A DNA stretch of 64,000 bases from Haplodiscus bocki (lineage: Eukaryota). This document shows positions 11,373 through 24,210 of this stretch, piece after piece. Where the stretch lies: the NCBI GenBank assembly GCA_965655095.1, contig OZ296654.1:86304001-86368000 (forward strand), read 5' to 3'. How positions within the stretch are numbered: the first letter of the stretch is position 1; each line of letters starts with the position of its first letter. A program made the position numbers and the translations under genes. The notes under the pieces were generated by a model. The model had not been told where the DNA came from. It saw only the letters and a list, made by a program, of their open reading frames with translations, and ran no database searches.

Positions 11373-13379
11373 CAATCCCTGCATTTTACTACAGCTCACA
11401 CTCGATGCATTGCTTGAACAAAATGAATACACTCGTTCGTATCTGCTCCAAAAATCCGCGTGCCAATAATCTTGCCAAACTCAAGCGTGCCCGTGAGGAT
11501 TTTGCACAGTCTGTTGAAATGGACAAAATACTTCTTTTTCAAGGATCGTCCACAACTTCACTCACTGATTGCTTTTCGCTCCTCAGAAAACTCAAAGGAT
11601 CGTCTTATCCCACTATAATGTACCTCAATAACAGCACACTGCAGACTGAAATTGACATTGCAAATGGTTTCAACTCCTTCTCCGCTGAAAACTTCAACTC
11701 TACCTCCTTCTCATATCTGCCATCAAATAGTGACAGCTCGATTAGGCTGACTGACCTTAATCATAGCTTTCATCCAAACACCCTGCTCGAACTTCTCACT
11801 AAAGTGAAACCTTCTAGCAATCAAACATTTGACCAAATCCCGACTGCGCTACTACTGTCATGCCCTTGTCTATTCGCGGAACTACTGTGTCTTGTCTTCC
11901 ATAGAATCATTGAATCCGGTAACTTTCCCAATATCTGGAAGGTTGCAATTGTCATGCCACTACACAAGAAAGGTTCTATCAACTTCTTCAAAAGCTATCG
12001 TCCCATCAGTTTACTACCCAAAGTATCCCTTATCCTCGAAAGAATTTTATTTACCTTTCTCTACTGCAAAACTTCCTCGAAGCTTCACCCGAAACAATTC
12101 GGATTCCAAGCCAAAAAAAGTGCCATCATTCAGCTTGTTGACTTCCTCGAATGTGTCCACAGCCAGAAATGTTGCGACATATCTTATTCAATCCACCTTC
12201 CACCTTGATTATGAAAAAGCTTTCGACAAAGTTCCCCATAATGTTTTGCTCTCAAAACTAGAAAAATTTGGTTTGGACAAAGACTTTATCAACTTCCTCC
12301 GAAGCTATTTGTACAATCGCTCTCAAGTGGTGAATAAAGCAGGACACCTTTCAAATGCTCTCCCAGTACCCAGCGGTGTAGCACAAGGATCAGTACTTGC
12401 TCCCCTGCTGTTTCTTATTTTTATTAACGACCTCCCTAGTATTTTCCTAGATTGCATTCCTTGGGCATTCGCCGATGACTTGAAACTACTATTCTCATCC
12501 CTGAACTTTGCTGATGATCTCATCCGCCTCAACAATTGGAAAATTGCTAATGGCATGTTGGTCAACGCCTCTAAAAGCAAATGTCTCTACTATCACGGCA
12601 AACAAAAGCTGCTGCTCTCAATCTCAGACGAACATATTGAATGTGTCGCTCTACATCAAGATCTTGGCCTTCTTATCAATAATTCCTTGAGATGGAACAG
12701 TCGCACATCACTGAAAATTTCGAAAGCACTGCGAAGTTCCTTCCTATTGAAAAGCAACATCCCATGGAACACACCCTCCAAAGTGAAAATCAACCTATTG
12801 AGATCGATGGTTTTCTCAATCATGTTGTACGGAATACCAGCCTTCCTGCCAAACTTGACACAACTCAAGGAATTAGAAAACTTCCAAAAACACTGCCTCA
12901 AATGGGCCCTGGGCTCATTACTACCTTATGAAGACTCCCTCAAAAAATATGCTTTTCTCCCCGTCTGTTATTTCATCGAACTTCAAATCTTCACATTATT
13001 TGCCAAAATGAAAAATGAATCCGTGAAATTCGACTTCGAAGCCATTGTGTCTACAAAACCAGCTACCTCTCTCCGACAATGCTCCATCAACCCTCTCTAT
13101 TGCAAGACTCACAGTAAAGCGCATGACTCTTCATTCTTCCCCCGAGCAGTAGCAATGTCAAACTATTTTTTGCGTCATAGAATCATAAACGAGTTCTTTG
13201 ATAACGACATAAACTCAGTGAAACATTATCTAATTGAAAAACGGTTTAACATGAAGTTAAGCTGTTCATTTTTCATTAACTGTGCTTGTACGATCTGTAG
13301 TGAATCAAGAAGCTTCTCTTAATAGTTGCTCTATTTAAGTTTTTCTTGTTTTTATGTTATATACTTTTTTGGTTTCTCT

Positions 13380-13515
13380 NNNNNNNNNNNNNNNNNNNNN
13401 NNNNNNNNNNNNNNNNNNNNNNNNNNNNNNNNNNNNNNNNNNNNNNNNNNNNNNNNNNNNNNNNNNNNNNNNNNNNNNNNNNNNNNNNNNNNNNNNNNNN
13501 NNNNNNNNNNNNNNN
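13380..13515. other. Assembly gap (136 N)
   Basis: Run of N between the 3' ends of two converging LINEs. Confidence 1.
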
Positions 13516-16500
13516 TAACACATGAACAAATGAAAATCCAAGTACAGGGATTGTTTTCAGTCCAATGTCTATTAAAATACATCCACATATATTCAATCAG
13601 TTTCTTCTTCAGATTCTCCGGGTTGAAGAAATCAAGAGATCTTTGCACGCCGTTTATTCTGAAACCAGTCCTGTACCAAAAGTTTTGCCTCTTTATTTCA
13701 TATCTAGTGTCTGGAAGCACACCACGTCTTCTACCGCTGTTAGTGATTTTGAATTCTTTCGAAAAATTCACATCGTATCTTCCTTCCAAGATGTTACTGA
13801 AGAGTAAAAGGTCTTTAAGCACTTTAAAATAGAGTGGTGGTAATAAATTTGATTGGACCAAAGCATCCTTATAATCCAAATTTCCACACATCTACTTTGG
13901 AACCTTTTTGTTAAATTTTTCAATGATTTTGAAACTCGTATTTCTTAGTTCCCAGCATTCGGATGCAAAAAGTAACGACGTTGTTATTATTGATCGGTAA
14001 AGATGGGCTTCAGTCCGGGTGCAAATGATCGGCATGGTACTTCTTCCTAACTGTTTTGTGGATCAGGAGATGGCGTTCGAGTGGTTGAAACAGGAAGCAT
14101 CCGAAATTCAAGTGACATGTAGGTTTCGTCAGAATTTCACTTGCCGCTTATACAAAGTTAATGTCAAATTTTTAATCCAAATGCCTTTTTTTTCACACTG
14201 AGTAAACTTAAATGGTAATGCTTTCTTGTCGCTCAAGAATAAAGTCTTTTAATAATAATAATAATAACAGAAAGAACGATTTTGTTGCCTTTTCAACTAT
14301 TACTTTCACATGCTCATTCCAGTTTAGTGATTCATCTTTGAACAGGCGGACGTCACGAACAAGGTTTTTGTGGTTTAAATTTCGACCCTCCATAATAAAA
14401 CAAACTCCTTCGAGAGTGTCCTTATCTCTATCGTACTGAAATTCGCTGGTTGAACACTTTTTCAAATTGAATAGTAGATGATTTTGCATACTCCAGTTGT
14501 GAAGGGCTTGTAAGTCGATTTGGAGTTCTTCTAAGGATTCTTGTTCAGCTCTCCCATTGAAAATCAGTTTTAAATCATCGGCAAGTAGTAAAGCCATCGA
14601 TGAGAAAACAACAGTGGGGAGATCGTTTATGTAGATCGAGAAGGGTAATGGTCCCAATACCGATCCTTGTGGTACTCCAGATGTTACAGTCCGCTCATTC
14701 AATAACTGGTCACCTATTCTCACTTTCTGTTTTCTTCCTAATAAGTAGTCTTGAAAGAGTTCGAATAAAGCCTTGGAGATGGGAATTTGAAGTAACTTTT
14801 TGTAACTTTTTCATCAGGATACTTTGCTTTATTTTGTCAAACGCTTTAGAGAAATCAAATAAACCAAATAAATTATCAGTCTCTCGAGTTCAAGTGTGTT
14901 CAGATATGAGTTAAACTGTATAGTAATTGCAGTACAACTGAACGTCTTGGCCTAAAACCAAATTGGAAATTGCTCATACAATCAGCAAACGCAGTGTAAA
15001 TTGGTGCAAAGATGAATTTTTCAAATGATTTTGAAATTATATTTAAAAGAATAACTGGCCTACAGTTCGAAACTTCTCCTCTGTCACCATCTTTGTATAT
15101 CGGACTGACAATTCTAGTCTTCCCTGCAGATGGAATTTTGCGCAATCGCTTGATATTACTGAACAAGTTTCGAAGTGACGTAGCGATTGATCCCCTGCAT
15201 TTTTTAAACAATATGGGTGGTATCGAATCGTGACCTGTGCTCTTCGAGATGTTAAGTGACTTTAGCTCTGCTTTTAATAAATCTTCCGATATTATGATGT
15301 CATTTTCCCCAAAATTTTGCTGTTCGCTTGGTTCGAAGTATTCATATTCGCCATCAGTCACTACCGTAGCAAAGTAATTATTAAAAAGGTTTGCTTTCTC
15401 GAGGTCTGTGCTAGCTTCTCCTTTCAACCTTTCAGATTTTATGACTGGCGGTAGACTGTCTTTTTTCAGGCTTTTCAAATATTTGAAGATTCGTCCTTTA
15501 TTCGGCTGGCAAAAAGCCTTTGTTCGTAATCGACTCTATCATTTGTTTGCAATTGATCACATTCTTCGATTAAGTTTTTTTTCAATTTTTCAGACGTACA
15601 GAGTCCCTTTTCCGTAATTTTCATTGCTCAGTTTTAATCTTGCTCATGTGATATGATGTCTCAGCAGATACCCATGGTGGCAGTAGTTGTCTGTTTTTAG
15701 TTCGGATAGGAACATGTTTTTCGATCAATTTAAATATCCATTCATACCAGAGATTCGTGTTAACATCCATATTGCTATAGCAGTTTGGTTTAAATGGATT
15801 TGCAATGATATCCTCATTCAATGCATTGAAATCACAATTGCAGTAACTAAAGTATCTCGTTGATTATTTCTCTGCAACTTTACTGTTTATGGGCATGTTG
15901 ATCGTAATGGGAAAATGGTCTGAGAACCAAGACAGATTTCCGTACAGCTTTGTATCCTTGATGATTCACTCTTCATTGCAAAACACAAGATCAAGACAGT
16001 TTTTTTTGTTGTATTGAAATCGATATAGTGTTTTACATCCAAATCGAACAGAAGCGAAGCAATTTGATTTTCATATTCGTTTACAGAATCATAGGTACTC
16101 CAATTTGTGTGAGGCATGTTAAAGTCACCGGTAAAGAGGAGACACTTGGGGCACGTTTCCTCAAGGAAGCGGAATACCTTCTCTAAATCCTCAATAGATA
16201 TCCGGTATTTGCTTCCCGCCGGAGGATTGTAGAGAACTACGATGTACAAAGGTTCTAAGCCAATTAGCTTATTAACGCGAAGTAATGATTGAACTGATAA
16301 GGGTAATTCAGCCACACTAACTTCCTTGGTTTTGATTATTTTCTTCACAGCTATCAATACACCGCCATGGCGCGACGCATCTGATTCAGTTGGTTTATCG
16401 CTTTGCATCTGATTCAGTTAATCTGATTCATTTGGCCTGTCACCTCGTATAATATCATAATCGGGAAGAAACAGTTCTGCACTTTTTATGTCAGTAGTGA

Positions 16501-17640
16501 GCCATGTCTCAGTTAGAAGTAAAACGTCAAAGTCAAGTCTGTAGACATAGTCAGCAATTTTAATTTTTTTGTTCAAGTCGATCAAGCTTCCTACATATTA
16601 TAGCCAGATATTGATTGATTTTAGTCAGAATTCATTTGCAGCAGCGTTTGCAGCTTTTAAATCTGTTTTTCGGCGACGCTTTCAACCTGTAGCTGAGTTG
16701 CTGTTCCCCTAATTGTGTATCTGTAGTTTTAGTCGTCTTCGTCCTTCTTTTTAGCTTCATCAATCATTGAATTTATTTTTTCACGGGTCTGTCTTGAATA
16801 GTCATGAGAAACACTGAAAACACTGATCAGTTGGAATTTTTCAATTTTGCTTCCTTCAAAATTTTCAATGTTCCAAGGATGTTCACTTTACCCATTTTTT
16901 CTTTAAGGAAATTTTATCAGCGGTCTCGGTCTTGGTGTGTCTTCATTGCTAATTTTCCCAATTCGTATAACTTTGTCTATTTGGTTTTCATCCAGTTCAA
17001 TCCTTGAGCCCTTTGCGCAGAATTGATTAAAGACTTGTAGGGCCTCACTTTCTCATCCCTTTGGGGTTTCGAGTTTGCTCTCTGGAACATTTAAGAGTTC
17101 CAGATTGTTCTCCCGTTTCTCATTGTCCTCCTTTTCTTGTTCCTGCTGTTGCTGAGTTTCTTTTCATTATTTTCTTCATGTTAGGTATAGGAGGCGGTGC
17201 ATTGCTTTTTTGACATGATGTCTTAATTTGCTCCGGTATTTTCTGCTATTTTTCAATGACTAAATTGATTTTGTTCTCAAGCTTTTGTTCAATATGCAAT
17301 ATTCATTCTTCAATGAACTTCTGCACTGTTTTCAAGCTTATTCTCATTCAGTTAACTGCCTTTGTATGCAGTCTAACTTACTGCCGATTTCATTAATATC
17401 ATCTGGTCTATTTCTGAGAAGTTTTTTTACCACTCTCTTCGCAGTTTTTACACAGCCAAATAAGTCCTGAATTTTTTTGCAGACATCTAAGGACACTTGG
17501 AGCAATGCCGGAACATTCAGCGGCGTGGTACCAGCAAACACATTAAAAAAAGAAACTGATCCATCTTTGCATTCAAGATTACAGGTACCGCATGGGTACT
17601 TCGCTGATTGAGTTCTAGCTTTATCTCCCATTCTCAAAGA
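13516..17640 (-). mobile_element. LINE-B: near full-length decayed CR1/L2-group LINE (PHD ORF1, endonuclease, RT)
   Basis: ORF1 YPCGTCNLEC...WYH..EC...WLCKNC (frameshifted); endonuclease LTETWL, HGGVLIA, YNPP, GDFNMP; RT QFGFRP, SGVPQGSVLGP, LADDLK; C-terminal NPCTWIFICSC; many stops and frameshifts. Confidence 0.93.
14052..14264 (+). mobile_element. ~213-bp 3'-end fragment of a non-LTR element or SINE inserted in LINE-B
   Basis: AATAAA followed by an (AAT)n tail; flanked by TAAC; the LINE-B frame (KSFFL|LGRSTMP) resumes on both sides. Confidence 0.65.
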
Positions 17641-17849
17641 GTACAAGGAGTACAAGCCCCTTCCTACCAGTTAAGGTTGCGAAGGCACTTGTACTTATAA
17701 CAAGAGATAAACAGATCGAATAACTGTATTATTTAGAAATCGTTTGATTTCGTTTGACGTTTGAGCCCTTTCCTACCAGTTAGGGTTGCGAAGGCACTCT
17801 AAACAAAATCAAACGACACAATCAAGCTTTACCTATTTAGCTGATTCTT

Positions 17850-18463
17850 TCATCCGTTTCGCTCTTTCTCTTTCTTTGATGGCTTGTTCTTCTTCTTTGG
17901 CTTGCATGGTTTCGACTTCTTCTTGTTACTCTTATAAAGGTTTTTTAAGTTCTTTCTGTGCCTCCAAACAGTTGAAAGCAATAAGGCTTCGAGTTCAGTG
18001 GATGGGTGGGTTTGTTTCAGGTCGTGCAGCACTATGAAATCTTTACTCTTGCGATGGGATATAAGGTTTGATTTAAGGTCTAGTATGGTAGTTTTGCTCT
18101 GCAACAATTTGCTAAAAATGTCAGGGCTCCTTCACGTCTACAATATACTACGGCTTCGATTATATGACTGAAGTAACGCAGAATTTGGAGTGACTTTTCA
18201 ACACTTATGGCCCTGTAGTTGTTGCTTCGATGTTTGCTAATCGAATTGTTTATAATGTCGTACCAAATTATCACTTTATACTTTTTGGCAAGTATACTTT
18301 TTCCTGTCAGTAGATTTTGTAACACCTTCAATGGGTTTTCAACGTTCCAGTTGAAGCTGAGCCCTCCAAGGCTGTAACTTCTGCCAAATAATTCTCTTCT
18401 GAATTTGTAGGGTACCCTTCCGATTGTAGCGTTCAGCGAACTTTCTCCAATTATATGAACCAT
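17850..18463 (-). pseudogene. Frameshifted SGNH/GDSL-hydrolase-like ORF with basic C-terminal tail, probably TE-borne
   Basis: HIIGESSL (block I-like), GGLS (block II-like), IIWYDIINNS (block III-like), late DLKQTHP (DxxH-like); split over ORFs 18080-18463 and 17850-18107. Confidence 0.5.
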
Positions 18464-19519
18464 AAATGCCGGCCTCTAAAATGCCTTTCACGTAAGGGCT
18501 CTCCAGTATCCGGTCTTTTCAATCAAGCACTATTTAATAAGTATGAAGTATAAGTATGAAGTGATACCTGAAGATCGCACTACACATTCCGCAGAGGACA
18601 CCTCAATGGACATCAAAGACCTACACGTTAAAGATGAAAGAGGTCAAACAGTTCTGGAAACTGCATCTATTTACCTACGCCATATGAAGTTGGGAAGTGA
18701 TTGATTCTACCGATCAGTACGAAACGTTTCAACCCAGTGGACTTGATGAAAACCAACCAAATGATCATCTCTTTTGTTCTCAGGTACCGTCCGGATCCTC
18801 AAACAGTGCAACAACGGTATCATCTGTAGCGGTTGCACCAATATTCGACCACTTGGATAATGTAGACTTTTTCAGCATGTAAAAGAATAAAAGAAACAAG
18901 TTTTCAGCAACTCTCGTCTTCGCGACTTTTGATGAAACTAATGTGAATCCGGATAAGCACTCTCTGTTGGCCGGCACTTCCCGGTCTATCCCTCCCTTGG
19001 TGATCAAGGTTTTTGTAGAGACTTCCTTTGTATCAACTCGACCTTTATGACTGATTGAAGATAGACAGGATTGTGAAGGAGCAAGTGAAGTAAAGAACAC
19101 AGTGACAGTACCCACTACTGAAAAAATATGAAAGAGCAGATGCTACTAGAACAACCAAAGAGTCCGCCCAGGCCGCCAGGGGTGAATATGAATATTCATT
19201 TTCAAGTGACTGGATGTTGACGTGGTGAAGTCACCTGCGTGCACAGTGGATCGACCAATTCAGACGTAAGATCAACATCAGTAAAAAGAGTTTCTTCTGT
19301 GACTGCTCTCCGGTAGCAATGGTTAAATCTCACTTCACGGTAAATCGAATGACTAAAACCATGGATTTAGTACACCTATTCAAGTAGACGAAGTACATTC
19401 CCATGAGGTTCAATTTCAAAAGGTCGCAAAAACGTGAAAAAGTACCGCCGGTCCACCTGCCCAACCGAAGAGACAAAAAAGTCGTTTTGGTATTTGTGGA
19501 CGCCTTCGTTGGTCTTGAT

Positions 19520-22330
19520 AAAAAAGAAGAAAGAAGAAGAAGAAAAACTTTTATTCAAAAACAGATACAGCATCCATTTTCACTAGGAAACATAAACATT
19601 ATATCTGATAAAAACGCAGTATACGAGAGGGAAATAGTCTTAGTTCGTGTTCAAATTTGGTTGCCTCAATTGGTGGTCTTTTTTTCGTAAACCGGACGTT
19701 CCTGTGGCTCTTTTCGGCAGTATTTCGTGGAGGACATGATTCTCCCCTTGGTCAAGGATCTGTCTGTATAGTTTTTCATCGGAGATACGAATGATGTCTG
19801 AGGTACACATCGGGAGATTTCTTTGAAGATTTCCGAATGTTGAATAGTGTCGAAGGCCTTTGACATGTCCAGTGTAATAAGTCGAATATAGTTGTAATTT
19901 TTCGCAGAGACTACACGTCATGAAGTAGGTTAATAGGGGCGCTGCACGTTGAACTATTCTGTCGAAACCCAAATTGTTTTGAGGAAATATACGTGTTATA
20001 GGGCTTCTTTATGTTTTTATCGTATAGCATGCATTCAAATAACCTCGATAATATTGGAGTGACTGCGATTGGTCGAAAATGATTCGGAAGTGTTGGTCGA
20101 GCGACTTTTGGAAAAGGTCTGATATTAGATATCTTGAAAAGGTCAGGGACAGTGCGTGAGAGTAAGATAAGATTAAACAACGAGCAAATGGGTTCGGCTA
20201 AAGTTTCAGCTGCGTAAGTAAATATCCAAAAGCAGGACCACTAGATTCGTGTGACGTCTGTTTTTGTTTCTTCAGATAATGATAAACCTCTAGAGGGTAA
20301 AAACGGAATTTCCCCTGTTGGAAATTCATTTTTCTCCAATTGTGGCTGGCTGTTAGGGTCATTTGAAAACGAATTGAAAAACCAATTAAAGTTAATCACA
20401 TCAACGTTGACAGGCAAAGCATGTTGTTTATCTTTCGAAAGACTATTGATATGTGTCCACCAGTTGCGGGAGCCAACTTTATCGAGAATTTGGCAGTTCT
20501 TCTGTACAAGTTTTTGAATACGTTCGTTGAAGTCTTTAACTTTAGCTGCATTTTGTTTGCGTAATTGTTTGTTTCGCTGTTTTATTAGCAGTTTGACGGC
20601 AGGGGTAACGTAGATCGGATCTCGATCACGGACAGTCACTTGGCGAGTTGGACAGGAGATGTGAAATGCGGAATACATGATAGAATTTAGTTGACACAGA
20701 GCTTCGTTGGGATCCATTCATCTGTACACACAGTTATAATTCGCATCACGAAGAAGTTTGTAACACATTTGGCGGCAACTTTCACGTTGGTCTCTGAAAT
20801 TGAAGACTTTTTTCCATTCTTGGGAATCTGCAAAGAATATAATACTGAATCGTGGTCTGTTGAAACAGTCGGAATAACGGTTTGAACTGTCGATATATTC
20901 CATGGGCAAGAAACGAAAAATTTGTCGGGAACTTTGTTGTTATGTGTGGGTTCAAAATTGATCTGCGTCAGGTTGCACTCAGCAATGACATTGTCGGTGC
21001 ACAAATCATTGAAATCGCCACACATAATAAACTACCAGTAGTTTTTTGCCAGGCAGAGATGTTCGTAAGCCTGAATCAATAATGCACACAGATATTTGTC
21101 ATAATGGCAAAGGGGTGGGTAGTAGACCTCACAAATAAGAGTACAGAGACTCATAATATCGATTTCAAACCACACTACTTCGAATTGCTCATTGTCTTGA
21201 GGGTATATCTGGGTACATAAGAAATTGCTCCGAACATAGGAACATACCCCACCTTCATGGTTCTTTTTTGAGTTTTTTGCGGATCTGTCAAAGCGAAAGA
21301 GATTGTAATTTGGAATTGAGATGAAAATATTGTCGATATCAGAATTTAGCCACGATTCCGTGACAAAACACCAGTCTATAGATTTTGCAGCAAGATCAGT
21401 GGATAATTGGAAAACAGCGTTGGGTTTCTTAACTGAGCGAGCGTTAATCAACATCAAATTGCAGAATGTTGGTTGTCATAAATTTGCCGGTTGCTCATTT
21501 CCATCAACATAAAGTTTCAAGTTACAAATTCTGATAGACGTCCGTTTTGTTCCATTTTCAATGAGATCGTGACGCTTCTTAAGGAGATTTTTTCTATTAT
21601 ACGCTCTTCGTGTGTTAATTCACGTGATATAAAAGCACGGTAATTAGCTGAATACTCTTTGATATGGTGAGAATTTGCCAGAATTTTTCGTGTCGTCCAA
21701 ATATTTGAGAGCTTCACGATGATGCCTCTTCGCTTGGTTTCGTCATATTAACCAATTCGGAAACAGTCGGAAATAGTGGGTTCTTCGCCAATTGTATGTT
21801 TCAAAATAGCCATGACCTGCTTCATGTCGTGCCAAAGCCTCTGCGCTGATTTTTGTGTTGTAATTTCCGGGACGTTTTGAATTCGAATGCCGGTACTACA
21901 GTCTTGTGAATGTTCTTTGCGTACGTTTTCGTGAGTCTTCACTTCACTTTCATTCACTTCTTCTGGACGAATTGAAGTGCTTTTTCGACTTTCTTTTCAA
22001 GAGACGACAAAATGTTCTTTACTTCTGCGCATTGCAATGTGGCATTGAGAGTTGTCTTCGGGAAACAATAGTCACAAAAGTATCTGAAGTTTGGAAACTT
22101 CTTCAGCGTTTGGTACTCATCTGCTGTCATAGACATACACTCTGCGTGGGTCCAGGAGTCGCAGGCATCGCATTGAAACCAGCAGCCACCGCTCTTTTTC
22201 TTGCATTTGACACAGTTGTCCTCCGATACGGAGCCACCACGGCGGCACCTCGAAGCTGCCATCAGATATGAAACACTATTTAATTAGTTTATCAAAATAT
22301 CACAACAAATAAACTCCCTCACATTGCAAG
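19520..22330 (-). mobile_element. LINE-C: decayed L2/Crack-like LINE with PHD ORF1 and a deletion of the RT core
   Basis: PHD CVKC...WFQCDACDSWTHAEC...YFCDYC; endonuclease INARS, VTESWL, GGVC, CGDFN, TDH; RT FRPIAVTP, QFGFR, DMSKAFD; 3' AATAAA plus (TTC)n tail at ~19520-19556. Confidence 0.9.
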
Positions 22331-22849
22331 ATACCATCTGTTAACAGAACGACCACCTAAATTTTTTGACTGACCGTACACCATGAGGTTGTTTGCTCCA
22401 ATTGTCCGGAACGGTCTTTTGACCCTTCATCTTCATTTTTTAAAAATTGAGCTCACACACTGCTTCTCCAATAAGTCTTGAAAACATGAACGAGAACCGT
22501 ATATTTGGCCTGGATTTTTTGCATGGCTGTGATGGATTGTATAAAACAAGACCAATCTCGACGGCAACGACCTGACCGTAGACGGCGTCGTGATCTCGAA
22601 CTTGTCACGTGCAGTGCAACGTATTGACTTCCGCGCACACAACCTACTCTCAAATACAAAGTCTACGGATTCTTTCTTCTACAAGTCACTTTCGAGGTCG
22701 TGGTTCATGTCATCTGAATTGTTGATTTTGATAAAAGGTTCTTGAACGAATTAAAAATTCTTCACCACCAATTTTCCTATCAGGGGCAACAACCCATTCA
22801 ATCGAAATACCGCAAACAAGTTAAACCCGTGTGGGATTGGTCCTGAATT

Positions 22850-24210
22850 TCACGCTCAAACGACTATTACGTTGAAAGTTTTTTTTTGTTCGGATGGACT
22901 GTGAACTTGAGCACAATTCCAGCCACAGCGACCAGACAAACTGTGGTGATCCAAATTTCGGTTAAACTGAGGGCGACCTTGACGTTTGTTGTCGGTCTCT
23001 AGTTCAGAGCGTTCCATTCTCAGCGTCACGTGCTTTCTCGCGGCATTCCGCTTGCTTCCGACCGAGCTTGTCACAGTAGAAACACTTCCCTTCGAATCTC
23101 TTCGTGTCTGGCATTTGTTGGTTGTGGTGTCGTTTTTGGTTTTCCATCACTTTTGGATGGAATGGTTGCGGCCTTGTCATTTGCGTGAAATGGTTGTACA
23201 GTTGACGTCTGTGCAGGAAGGCCTTGATTTCGTCGGAGCTAGCATCCTCCTTGTTGCTGTTCATGATATCCTGCTGGATCGATATTGGCAGCTTTCTAAA
23301 GAGGAAAGATCGTATGCACTGGCCCGCCTTCTCGGAATGCTTGTTCGGCGATGATATCTGGGCGCTGTGAGAAGTATGAAATGTTTCTGCGGTGGGATCG
23401 GATTTGGTTTGATCCCATTGAAAGCGCGCTTTTTCTTTGAGATCGTCTTTTGTAAATTTCTTTCGGAATTTCGTTAGGACGTCGTTTAAGTTCGTCCCCG
23501 TTGTCATCCTTAGTGCTTGATATAACTCAATTGCTTCCTTTCTGAGGAGACTTCGGAAGTACTGGAAATCACCTTCTTCCGGTAGTCTGTGGTTCAAGCG
23601 TCGCCAGCAGTTTTTTAGCAGGTGCTCGAACTTGTTGAAACTGCGCTTCGTTTCGCGGAACGTTGTCAATTGAGTCTGTAGTAATCTGGGGTTGTTCGTG
23701 TAAATTCTGCTTGGTAAGGTTGTAATGGCGTTGAGGTGGTGTTCCTACGAGGCTGCACTTTCGAGTGGCGTTGCGGGTCGAAAAAGTTGGTCGTAGTCTG
23801 GGTATGTCGCTTCTTCGTCTGTGTGGGGGCTGGTCATTGATCGTCTTCTCTGCCGGGTACGTTGAACTCCTGTCACCATGTCGGACTAAGGCATGGCCGT
23901 ACCGGAAATGGTACCAAGATCAGTCCTAGGGTATGGATTTGGACGCCAAGATGTGGTCTTTCTCTGTACCAGCCGAGTCAACTCTTCCATCTGGCTAGTT
24001 GGAGGAGCAATAAACCCTCCAATGTGTTCGCTGACGGCGTCTTGCGTCAGCTTTTGAAACCCTGGAACTTCTCCTTTGAAATTTTCCAATATAATTCTTT
24101 TCGCGATTTCTTCAGTACTACCGCCTTGGTTCATTATGCGTTCGTCTGACGTTTGATAGCATTTTCCGTTTCCAAGTTCTCTGTAGTCGGTGGAATGAAG
24201 CACGCAATTT
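22850..24210 (-). mobile_element. Ty3/Gypsy-like gag remnant and adjacent upstream ORF fragment
   Basis: Retrotransposon-gag-like QYFRSLLRKEAIELY...LTKFRKKF and a degenerate zinc knuckle CFYCDKLGRKQAEC; no LTR identified. Confidence 0.7.

Larger units (their letters stand above)
9466..11381 (-). mobile_element. hAT-superfamily DNA transposon, 1916 bp, internally deleted
   Basis: Perfect 8-bp TSD CATTTTAC (9458-9465 and 11382-11389); 15-bp TIRs CAGGGAATTCAATAC / CAGGGATTGCAATAC (2 mismatches); removing it restores the LINE frame QQPFY|YSSHSMH. Confidence 0.95.
8790..13379 (+). mobile_element. LINE-A: 5'-truncated CR1/L2-group non-LTR retrotransposon (APE endonuclease + RT), interrupted by a hAT element
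   Basis: Endonuclease motifs LLGDFNLP, HTLDNIL, SDHFP; RT motifs YRPISLL, QFGF, LDYEKAFDKVPH, SGVAQGSVLAP, FADDLK; C-terminal CACTIC; one frameshift at ~12200. 5' boundary approximate. Confidence 0.93.

Noticed and set aside
11227-11469. GIGIGI / WYWYWY / VLVLVL peptides or telomere-like repeat
   Set aside because: Translations of the hAT subterminal GGTATT repeats.
18540-19380. Plus-strand Ser/Thr/Asp-rich ORF fragments
   Set aside because: Broken by stops and with no identifiable motif; cannot be assigned.
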